DNA from: an uncultured Mycoplasmatota bacterium
GTDB lineage: Bacteria > Bacillota_I > Bacilli_A > RF39 > UBA660
Assembly: GCA_900547465.1 (NCBI GenBank)
Contig: URHJ01000003.1
Location: forward strand, 980-64,979
Direction: 5' to 3'
Length of the DNA stretch: 64,000 nucleotides
The notes below the pieces were generated by a model, which did not search any database, had not been told where the DNA came from, and was given only the letters and a program-made list of their open reading frames with translations. Of the stretch, positions 42,133 through 50,019 are shown in pieces (position 1 is the first letter of the stretch; every line of letters begins with the position of its first letter). The translations under genes were made by a program, and so were the position numbers.

Positions 42133-42804
42133 TTATTCATTATTGTTGTTATTTACTGATTCTTGATTAGCTTCATTTATGCCACTTTTTATTCCTTTGG
42201 CAACACTACCAGCAATTGTACCAACTGAATTAGCTACTGTAGGTGTCATTTTTTCAATACCTTCTTGAGCAATTGGCATAGTTTGTTGAACTGTAAATGC
42301 AGTTATTTCTCTTCTTTTAGCTAATATAAATAGCCATAGTGAAATCATTATAGATGAAACAATTATAAATATTCCAATTAATGATTTAGGATTTATAAAA
42401 CCAAAATCTGTGTCATATTTTTCGTTATTTTTTTCATTATATAATGAACAATATTTACTGGTATATTGATTATTTTCGTATTCATCAAAATCGCAATCAT
42501 CAAAACTTGGGTTTAAGACATCAGTTATAATTTTTAAATCATATTTTTCTCCATCAGTATATTCAGCAAATTTATCATAAACTATTCCCTTAGATTCTAA
42601 TTCATTTTTCTTTGCAATTAATTTTTCTTTTTCTGATGATAAACTATCTTTATTTTCAGTTGGTGTTGTTTTATCTGGCATACTACTTAAAATTAAATAG
42701 CCACCTGCTATTACACCACACATTAGAATTAGAAAAGCAATAAGTAAAATTATTTTCTTTCCTTTTTTATAATTTTCTTCAGTTAAATATTCTTTTTTTT
42801 CCAT
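42133..42804 (-). CDS. Two-TM membrane protein, paralogue A (223 aa)
   Basis: MEKKEYLTEENYKK, TM1, an acidic Cys-containing ectodomain of about 100 aa, TM2, then the tail RREITAFTVQQTMPIAQEGIEKMTPTVANSVGTIAGSVAKGIKSGINEANQES. Confidence 0.7.
   Translation of the reverse strand: MEKKEYLTEENYKKGKKIILLIAFLILMCGVIAGGYLILSSMPDKTTPTENKDSLSSEKEKLIAKKNELESKGIVYDKFAEYTDGEKYDLKIITDVLNPSFDDCDFDEYENNQYTSKYCSLYNEKNNEKYDTDFGFINPKSLIGIFIIVSSIMISLWLFILAKRREITAFTVQQTMPIAQEGIEKMTPTVANSVGTIAGSVAKGIKSGINEANQESVNNNNNE
42161..42280. repeat. 120-bp segment nearly identical to 42952-43071
   Basis: A direct base-by-base read shows 4 mismatches in 120 nt. It encodes the shared cytoplasmic tail. Confidence 0.9.
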
Positions 42805-42881
42805 GTTATTTTCTCCTAACTGTTTTAACTATGATTCAATATTTTTATATAAAAAGAAAGTTCAATAAAGAACTTCATTTT

Positions 42882-43436
42882 TTATTGTTGATTATTATTA
42901 TCATTATTTATTGGTTGTTGGCTATTACTACTGTTGTCGTTATTTGTTGACTCTTGATTAGCTTCGTTTATGCCACTTTTTATTCCTTTGGCAACACTAC
43001 TGGCAATTGTACCAACTGAATTAGCTACTGTAGGTGTCATTTTTTCAATACCTTCTTGAGCAACTGGCATAACCTGTTGTGTAGTATAAGCTGTTATTTC
43101 TCTTCTATGAGCAATAAATATTACAATAGCACCTGCAGCTGTTAATGTAAAACCAGTAGTTCCTATAAAGCCACCTAACGCAAATAATCCCATACTTCCA
43201 AAAGCACTTCCTGCAGTACTTTTCATTGCGTTCATTTCATTACCATTACCAAAATTATTAAAAATATCAAAGCCACTAACAGCAGTACTACCAAAACCCA
43301 TAAATCCTACTACTATTAATATAGAACTTATAACTAAAAGAATTATTCCAACAATTAAGAGAATTTTTCCAATATTCTTTACTTTAGCATTGTTTTTCTG
43401 ATATCTTTCTTCACTTAAATATTCGTTTTTTTCCAT
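42882..43436 (-). CDS. Membrane protein, paralogue B (184 aa)
   Basis: MEKNEYLSEERYQK, TM1, a Gly-rich hydrophobic middle, RREITAYTTQQVMPVAQEGIEKMTPTVANSVGTIASSVAKGIKSGINEANQES, then an N/Q-rich end. Confidence 0.7.
   Translation of the reverse strand: MEKNEYLSEERYQKNNAKVKNIGKILLIVGIILLVISSILIVVGFMGFGSTAVSGFDIFNNFGNGNEMNAMKSTAGSAFGSMGLFALGGFIGTTGFTLTAAGAIVIFIAHRREITAYTTQQVMPVAQEGIEKMTPTVANSVGTIASSVAKGIKSGINEANQESTNNDNSSNSQQPINNDNNNQQ
42952..43071. repeat. 120-bp segment nearly identical to 42161-42280
   Basis: Second copy of the repeat pair described at 42161-42280. Confidence 0.9.
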
Positions 43437-43491
43437 TTTACTATCTCCTTTTAAATTGGGTATTTTAGTATTAAAACTTATTTATTTAGTT

Positions 43492-44031
43492 TTAATAGCT
43501 TTTTTTACCTTTTACTAAGTATATAATAAATGCGCCTAGTAATGCAAGTCCTGCAATTGATGCCCCAATTATATAAAAGATTTGATATGACATTGGTTTG
43601 ACTTCTTGGTAGTAAGCAGAATAATCTTTTGCTTTGATTGCTGCATCTTCCATCTCTAACTTAGTCATTTTATTCTTAATTTCACTTGCTTCTTTCGTAC
43701 ATTTTGTAGTTTTTTCATACCAATCAGCTGCTGCCGTATTATTATCAATTGCATCACATTCATTTGATTTAGAATCATATTGGCTTTTTAATGAGTCATA
43801 TTCAGTTCCTATTTCTTTTAATCTAGCATTTGCTTCATCAACTGATTCTTGACTTGCCTTCGTTGCTGCCTGCTTTCTTTCTTCATTAGTTTTATTTGCA
43901 TTTAGTTGTTTGATTCCACCGATTCCTGCAACTACTAAACCGATAGCACACCCAATAATAATTATTTTTATTGGTAATGTTATTTTTTTACCGCTTCCCA
44001 CACTTACATTTTCATTTAAATTATTTTCCAT
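43492..44031 (-). CDS. Two-TM membrane protein with a coiled-coil ectodomain (179 aa)
   Basis: N-terminal TM (IKIIIIGCAIGLVVAGIGGI), a helical ectodomain with two Cys, and a C-terminal TM (IFYIIGASIAGLALLGAFIIYLV). AAGGAG SD 8 nt upstream of the ATG. Confidence 0.7.
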   Translation of the reverse strand: MENNLNENVSVGSGKKITLPIKIIIIGCAIGLVVAGIGGIKQLNANKTNEERKQAATKASQESVDEANARLKEIGTEYDSLKSQYDSKSNECDAIDNNTAAADWYEKTTKCTKEASEIKNKMTKLEMEDAAIKAKDYSAYYQEVKPMSYQIFYIIGASIAGLALLGAFIIYLVKGKKSY

Positions 44032-44053
44032 ACTCTACTCTCCTTACTCTTTC

Positions 44054-44082
44054 ATTATATATATATATATATATATATTCAA
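44054..44082 (-). promoter_or_regulatory. Promoter TTGAAT-17-TATAAT whose spacer is entirely (TA)n
   Basis: The minus strand reads TTGAAT + 17 nt of alternating AT + TATAAT. The -10 is at plus 44054-44059 and the -35 at 44077-44082. Confidence 0.6.
44056..44078. repeat. (TA)11 dinucleotide microsatellite
   Basis: An uninterrupted alternating T/A run of 23 nt. Confidence 0.95.
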
Positions 44083-44130
44083 TAGAAAAAATAGGTTTTA
44101 TTGATATTTTACATTTTAGATGTAAAGTTA

Positions 44131-44724
44131 CTATTCATGTATTTTTTTCATTAATAAATTAACATCTGATACTACAACTTTTGATGATGCTTCATCACCT
44201 AGAAGATTGGTGCTAGCTTTTAATGTTGTTATTTTTTCAAATCTAAAAATTATTGATTGTGAGAAAAACATCTGTTTTCCATTACCACCTGGTAATTTAA
44301 AATGTAAGTCTTTGATTGCGGCACCTGTTTCATCTGATAAGTAAAATTCCGCTCCATGTGTGTCATCTGCTTCGCTAATAAAGCCAGAAAAAACTATTTC
44401 ATATACACCTTTTTCTACATCAATTTCATGATCACTTGCTATAGAAAAGTACTCTGATGGATTTGGTAGAAGCCATGAATCTTTTAGAAGTAAATTAGTT
44501 GTAGTACTTCCGTCTTCAAAACTTGTGAAAAAAAGTCCATCAGTAGAAGTAATGGCTGATGGTCCAGTTGGTCCTACTTCTCCTTGAGGACCTGTGGGTC
44601 CTATCTCTCCTTGTAATCCCCTTGGTCCGGTTGGTCCAACATTTATAATTCCAAATCCCATATTTAATAGTTTTCTTCTTAATTTTAGATCTTCTGTTAT
44701 CTTACACTTATCCGAAAATTTCAT
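44131..44724 (-). CDS. Collagen-like (GXY repeat) protein with a BclA/C1q-like C-terminal domain
   Basis: GPTGPRGLQGEIGPTGPQGEVGPTGP (plus coordinates about 44557-44637), followed by a beta-rich domain of about 140 aa. GAGGAGGAG SD before the ATG at 44724. Confidence 0.75.
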   Translation of the reverse strand: MKFSDKCKITEDLKLRRKLLNMGFGIINVGPTGPRGLQGEIGPTGPQGEVGPTGPSAITSTDGLFFTSFEDGSTTTNLLLKDSWLLPNPSEYFSIASDHEIDVEKGVYEIVFSGFISEADDTHGAEFYLSDETGAAIKDLHFKLPGGNGKQMFFSQSIIFRFEKITTLKASTNLLGDEASSKVVVSDVNLLMKKIHE

Positions 44725-44800
44725 AAAAACTCCTCCTCTATTTAGTATATGAAGTGAATGTGTTAGTGGTTCTAGCCAAAAATACTAATAGAAAAAGAAA

Positions 44801-44827
44801 AAAACTAGCAAATTTTTAGCTAGTTTT
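44801..44827 (-). terminator. Terminator of the aaRS operon
   Basis: AAAACTAGC / GCTAGTTTT stem overlapping the proS stop, with a long T-run on the minus strand. Confidence 0.7.
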
Positions 44828-46256
44828 AGTATTGTATTCCCCAAACAACATGATGTTTAGCCTCTTTACCACAGCAGACACAAACATCATCTATTTTATC
44901 GCCATCTGGTAGAATGCATCTTGATTTACATCCTCTAATTTCTTTTATTTTTTCTTCACACTCTTTATCACCACACCACATTGCGTGAATAAAGCCTGGT
45001 TGAGTATTAAGAATTTTTTCCATATCTTCTAAGTTATGGGCTTCAAATGTTAAATTATCACGACGAGTTTTAGCTCTTTCGTACATATCATTTTGAATAG
45101 TATTTAATAATTCTTTGATATATTTTACGATATCAACATCTTTTTCTACAGTTACTTTTTCTCTTGTATCTCTTCTAGCAATAGTTATAACATTATTTTC
45201 TAAATCTCTTTTTCCTATTTCAATTCTTACTGGGATTCCATTTACTTCTGCTTCGGCAAATTTAAATCCAGGGGACTTTTTAGAATCATCTATATAAGCC
45301 GTTATATCATTATCTAGTAAGCTATCTCTAAATGACGTTGATAATGCAGAGACTTCATCATCTTCTCCAATTGGTATAATTACAACTTGTTTAGGAGCAA
45401 TTCTTGGTGGAAGAACTAGACCATAATCATCACTGTGTACCATAATAAGTCCACCTATCATTCTGGTTGTTGTTCCCCATGAAGTTTGATATGCATACTC
45501 TAATTTGTTTTCTTTATTAGTAAATGTTACATTGTAAGCTTTAGAAAATTTTTGTCCAAAGTAATGAGAAGTTCCTGATTGTAAGGCAACACCATTATAC
45601 ATTAGAGCTTCATTTGTTAATGTATATTCAGCACCAGAGAACTTTTCTTTTTCAGTTTTTACACCTCTAATAGAGGGAATAGCTAGAATATCGTTATGGA
45701 AAGAATGATACACTTCAATCATTTGATTTGCCTCTTTTTCTGCTTCTTCTCTACTTGCATGGATTGTATGACCCTCTTGCCATAAAAATTCACGACTTCT
45801 TAAGAATGGTCTTGTCTCTTTTTCCCATCTAAAGACATTACACCACTGGTTATATAGCATCGGTAGATCTCTATGAGATTTTACATGTGTAGAATAATAA
45901 TCGCAGAATAGAGTTTCACTAGTTGGTCTAATACATAAATTTTCTTCTAACTCTTTTTCTCCACCTTTAGTAACCCAAGCAACTTCAGGAGCAAAGCCTT
46001 CTACTAAATCAGTTTCTTTTTTTAGTAAATTTTCAGGAATTAATAAAGGCATTTGACAATTAATATGTCCCAATTTTTTAAATTCTTTATCTAATATTTG
46101 TTGCATTTTCTCCCAAATTGCATAGCCATTTGGTTCTATAACAATACACCCTTTTACAGATGAATAGTCAGCTAAGTGGGCAGCACGAACAACGTCTGTA
46201 TACCATTTAGCAAAATCTTCACCACGTGGCGTAATAGCATTATTTTTCTTTTCCAT
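44826..46256 (-). CDS. proS: Proline--tRNA ligase, archaeal/eukaryote-like short type
   Basis: 476 aa. FAKWYTDVV..., class II motifs (FRWE, GTSH, GGLIMVHSDD), and a C-terminal zinc-binding CxxC...CxxC. Confidence 0.9.
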   Translation of the reverse strand: MEKKNNAITPRGEDFAKWYTDVVRAAHLADYSSVKGCIVIEPNGYAIWEKMQQILDKEFKKLGHINCQMPLLIPENLLKKETDLVEGFAPEVAWVTKGGEKELEENLCIRPTSETLFCDYYSTHVKSHRDLPMLYNQWCNVFRWEKETRPFLRSREFLWQEGHTIHASREEAEKEANQMIEVYHSFHNDILAIPSIRGVKTEKEKFSGAEYTLTNEALMYNGVALQSGTSHYFGQKFSKAYNVTFTNKENKLEYAYQTSWGTTTRMIGGLIMVHSDDYGLVLPPRIAPKQVVIIPIGEDDEVSALSTSFRDSLLDNDITAYIDDSKKSPGFKFAEAEVNGIPVRIEIGKRDLENNVITIARRDTREKVTVEKDVDIVKYIKELLNTIQNDMYERAKTRRDNLTFEAHNLEDMEKILNTQPGFIHAMWCGDKECEEKIKEIRGCKSRCILPDGDKIDDVCVCCGKEAKHHVVWGIQY

Positions 46257-46261
46257 ACTTT

Positions 46262-48007
46262 TTACTCCTTTGTACTAATATATAATTCTTCTAATTGTTT
46301 TTCTGATACATAATCTGGACAATTTGTCATCAAGTCAGATGCTGAAGTTGTTTTTGGGAAGGCAATAACATCACGAATGTTTGTTGTTCCTGTTAAAATC
46401 ATTACTAAACGTTCAAGTCCAATAGCTAGTCCTCCATGTGGTGGTGTTCCATATTTGAAGGCATCTATTAAGAATCCAAACTTTTCATAAGCCTCTTCTT
46501 TAGTAAATCCTAGGGCTTCAAACATTTTTTCTTGAATTTCTTCTTTGTGAATTCTTATACTTCCTCCACCTACTTCGTATCCATTAAGAACAATATCGTA
46601 AGCTTTAGCATGACAATTTGCTTTATCAGTTAATAATTTATCAATATCTTCTTCTTTAGGCATTGTAAATGGATGGTGACAAGCCATGAAACGATTTTCT
46701 TCATCACTCCATTCGAATACTGGGAAATCTACTACCCATAGGAATTTGTAATCATCTTCTTTAATTAAATTTAATTCTTTTCCTAATCTACATCTTAGGG
46801 CTCCAAGAGATGTATATACAATATTCTTTAAATCCGCACCAAAGAAAAGAATATCGTTATTTTCTAATTTTAATTTTTCTATTAGACCTGTTTTTTCGGA
46901 ATCATTCAAAAATTTACTTATACCACCTGTAAATTCACCATTTTCAAACTTAACATAAGGTAAGCCCTTAGCTTTATAATTTTTGACAAATTCTGTTAAT
47001 TCATCTATCCTTTTTCTAGAAAAGCAATCTGCTTTATTTTTTGCTATAATACAACAAATTGTACTTTCATTATTCAAAGCATTTGAAAACACCTTAAAGT
47101 CAGTTGTTTGAAACAAATCATGAACATCATTTATCTTCATATCAAATCTTAAGTCTGGTTTATCTGAGCCATAAAATTTCATTGCATCATCATATTTCAT
47201 TCTAAGGAATGGAGTTTTTATATCGATCCCTTTAATATCTTTAAAGACTTTTTTCATTAATCCTTCAACAATAGTTTGAATATCTTCTTCTTCAATGAAA
47301 CTCATTTCCATATCAATTTGGGTAAATTCTGGTTGTCTATCAGCACGTAAGTCTTCATCTCTGAAACAACGTGCAACTTGATAATATCTTTCCATTCCTC
47401 CTACCATAAGTAGTTGTTTTAAGATTTGTGGAGATTGTGGAAGTGCATAAAATTTGTTTTTATTTACTCTACTAGGAACTAGGTAATCTCTTGCTCCTTC
47501 TGGAGTTGATTTGCAAAGGATTGGCGTTTCTATTTCAATAAAATCTAAGTTATTTAGATATTCTCTAATTGATGTTACAATTTTATGTCTAGCAATTAAT
47601 CTATTTTTTACAGGATTTCTTCTTATATCTAGGTAACGATATTTTAATTTTGTATCTTCAAGAGCAGTTGTATCATCAACTATTTCAAATGGTAGATCAA
47701 TGCTTTGATTTAAGATTTCTAGGCTAGATATAACAACTTCAATATCACCTGTTTTTAAATTTTTATTTTTACTTTCTCTTTCACGAACTGTACCTGATAC
47801 TTTAATTACACTTTCGTTTTTTAATGTTTCTGCTTTTTGAAAGAATTCATTATCGTCATTAAGTACTAATTGAATAAGACCACTACGATCTCTTAGGTCT
47901 ATAAATAAGACTCCTCCTAGGTTACGTTTTTTTTGAACCCAACCGTATAAAGTTACTTCTTTATCTATATCTTTAATACTAATATCTGTATTATTTATTG
48001 TTTTCAT
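46262..48007 (-). CDS. aspS: Aspartate--tRNA ligase
   Basis: OB-fold N-terminus (GWVQKKRNLGGVLFIDLRDRSG), QSPQ, FRDEDLRADRQPEFTQ, GGGSIRIH, GLAIGLERL. Confidence 0.97.
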   Translation of the reverse strand: MKTINNTDISIKDIDKEVTLYGWVQKKRNLGGVLFIDLRDRSGLIQLVLNDDNEFFQKAETLKNESVIKVSGTVRERESKNKNLKTGDIEVVISSLEILNQSIDLPFEIVDDTTALEDTKLKYRYLDIRRNPVKNRLIARHKIVTSIREYLNNLDFIEIETPILCKSTPEGARDYLVPSRVNKNKFYALPQSPQILKQLLMVGGMERYYQVARCFRDEDLRADRQPEFTQIDMEMSFIEEEDIQTIVEGLMKKVFKDIKGIDIKTPFLRMKYDDAMKFYGSDKPDLRFDMKINDVHDLFQTTDFKVFSNALNNESTICCIIAKNKADCFSRKRIDELTEFVKNYKAKGLPYVKFENGEFTGGISKFLNDSEKTGLIEKLKLENNDILFFGADLKNIVYTSLGALRCRLGKELNLIKEDDYKFLWVVDFPVFEWSDEENRFMACHHPFTMPKEEDIDKLLTDKANCHAKAYDIVLNGYEVGGGSIRIHKEEIQEKMFEALGFTKEEAYEKFGFLIDAFKYGTPPHGGLAIGLERLVMILTGTTNIRDVIAFPKTTSASDLMTNCPDYVSEKQLEELYISTKE

Positions 48008-48405
48008 TTTTTTACTCCTCCTTGTTTAATATCTTCTTCTGGAAATTCTTTTATGGAAGATTCTCTAACTAGAAGAGATGAAAATATCTTCATTGCTCTT
48101 TTATTAGGAATATCTTTATAATATAATTTTATATCTTTATCGTTATTAAATACAAATGTTGAATAATTTAATAGTAAGATTTCTTTTTGTCTTTTATCTT
48201 TTTCTTCTATTGAATAGGAAATACTTCCTCTTTTAGTCTCTTTGTTATATTCCATGTATGAAGTATAACCAATCATAGTATTTTTGTTTACTAGAAAGCC
48301 ATTGTCTTTAAAATTTTCAATGATATCTTCTTTTGTTAAAAATGAGTGATTTGCTTCAGAGACAACATTTTTAGCAAGATTTGTTAATTCTTCTTTTGGT
48401 ATCAT
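48004..48405 (-). CDS. Hypothetical 133-aa protein between hisS and aspS
   Basis: Start is 2 nt after the hisS stop, and its stop overlaps the aspS start (ATGA type). No recognisable motif. Confidence 0.55.
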   Translation of the reverse strand: MIPKEELTNLAKNVVSEANHSFLTKEDIIENFKDNGFLVNKNTMIGYTSYMEYNKETKRGSISYSIEEKDKRQKEILLLNYSTFVFNNDKDIKLYYKDIPNKRAMKIFSSLLVRESSIKEFPEEDIKQGGVKK

Positions 48406-48407
48406 GA

Positions 48408-49772
48408 TTATTCCTCGTGATCATGGTGACAATGACCACAACAATTTCCATCGGAACAAGAACATCCATCATCTTCAGTAAATTCTTGATAATCGTCCAT
48501 TTCTTCTTCAGTTAGTTTTTCATCTAGATAATAAATTAGTGCTTCTAATGAGATGATCTCTTCTTCCTTAGTTTTGGTATTCTTAATTTTAATTTCATTG
48601 TTATCTAAATCTTCACTATTTAAAACAGCAATATATTTAGCGTTTAATCTATCAGCTTGTCTAAATTGTGCTTTCAGGCTACGTGATGTGTATTCTGTTT
48701 CAACTACGAATCCATTAAGGCGTAAGTCCTGAGCAAGGTATGCTGCATATTTCTTTTCATCTTCATTAACATAAAGTAAGAATAAGTCAATATCTTCTCT
48801 GATTGGAAGTTCTACATTTTCTAATTCTAATGCTTTTACTAATCTACCAATACCTGATGCAAAACCAATTCCAGGTGTAGCAGGTCCATCTAACATTTCT
48901 ACTAGGCCATTGTAACGTCCTCCTGCCCCTATTACATTGTTGCTGCCAAAGCCTTCTACATCTGCTTCTATTTCAAATACTGTATGATTGTAATAATCAA
49001 GTCCACGAACAATAGATGGATTTACAACATATTCTATTTGTAATAGATCAAGATATTCTTTTACTTTTTCGAATCTAATTCTAGAGTCTTCATTTAAGTA
49101 TTCTAAAGTTGTTGGAGCGTTTTTCATAATTTCATTTTCATGATCAACTTTACAATCTAGAATACGTAATGGGTTCTTAGCTAATCTTGTTTTACAGTCA
49201 TCACAGAAATCATTAATATATGGTGAGAAGTATCTAACTAAGGCATCTCTGTAACGATTTCTAGAATCTGCATCACCAAGTGAATTGATATTTACCTTAA
49301 TACCTTTTAAACCTAACATTTTATATATGTTTACAGCAAGAGATATAACTTCAGCATCAATTAATGGATCATCACTTCCTAGAACTTCTACTCCAAATTG
49401 AGTAAGTTCTCTATCTCTTCCTGATTGTGGTCTTTCATAACGATACATTGTACCATTATAATATACTTTTACTGGATTTTCTTCTCCATACATTTTGTTT
49501 TCAATGTATGATCTAACAACTCCTGCAGTTCCTTCAGGACGTAGAGTCATATTTCTTTTACCACGATCAATAAAGTCATATGTTTCTTTTGTAACTATAT
49601 CTGAAGTTTCACCTACTCCTCTATGATATAAGTCACTTGATTCAAATATTGGAGTACGGATATATGTATAGTTATATTTTTCCATTACAGCATCAACAAT
49701 TTTTTCAACATACTTCCAAACTTTTGCTTCCTTTCCATAAATGTCATTGCAACCCTTTGGTCTAGTTATCAT
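48408..49772 (-). CDS. hisS: Histidine--tRNA ligase with a Cys/His-rich C-terminal tail
   Basis: RPKGCNDIYG, LRPEGTA, MYRYERPQ, GGGRYNGL motifs. Extra tail DDGCSCSDGNCCGHCHHDHEE. Confidence 0.95.
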   Translation of the reverse strand: MITRPKGCNDIYGKEAKVWKYVEKIVDAVMEKYNYTYIRTPIFESSDLYHRGVGETSDIVTKETYDFIDRGKRNMTLRPEGTAGVVRSYIENKMYGEENPVKVYYNGTMYRYERPQSGRDRELTQFGVEVLGSDDPLIDAEVISLAVNIYKMLGLKGIKVNINSLGDADSRNRYRDALVRYFSPYINDFCDDCKTRLAKNPLRILDCKVDHENEIMKNAPTTLEYLNEDSRIRFEKVKEYLDLLQIEYVVNPSIVRGLDYYNHTVFEIEADVEGFGSNNVIGAGGRYNGLVEMLDGPATPGIGFASGIGRLVKALELENVELPIREDIDLFLLYVNEDEKKYAAYLAQDLRLNGFVVETEYTSRSLKAQFRQADRLNAKYIAVLNSEDLDNNEIKIKNTKTKEEEIISLEALIYYLDEKLTEEEMDDYQEFTEDDGCSCSDGNCCGHCHHDHEE

Positions 49773-49980
49773 AATTATTCCTCCTTATAACAAAAAAAGA
49801 TAGCCCCATAAGGACGATATTAATCGCGGTGCCACCTTAAATTTACTTAATTATACTTTTAACGTAGTTACCCGCTTCAGCTAATGTAAGTGTCTTCAAA
49901 CTTAATTATTAAATGTTTTCACCAACCACATTTTCTCTATAAAATAATTATAGTTTTACTCCTCTTACTAGAAGATAGTT
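49773..49980 (-). promoter_or_regulatory. T-box leader of the hisS-orf-aspS-proS operon
   Basis: Minus-strand RNA contains TAGAGAAAA, GGTTGGTGAAAAC, the specifier context GAA-GAC-AC, and the T-box TTTAAGGTGGCACCGCGATT. A T-run follows, then the AAGGAGG SD. Confidence 0.8.
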
Positions 49981-49982
49981 AT

Positions 49983-50011
49983 ATTATATATCATTTTTTT
50001 TAATTTAACAA
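49983..50011 (-). promoter_or_regulatory. Promoter of the T-box leader (TTGTTA-17-TATAAT)
   Basis: The minus strand reads TTGTTA, then 17 nt, then TATAAT. Confidence 0.55.
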
Positions 50012-50019
50012 TAGCTATA

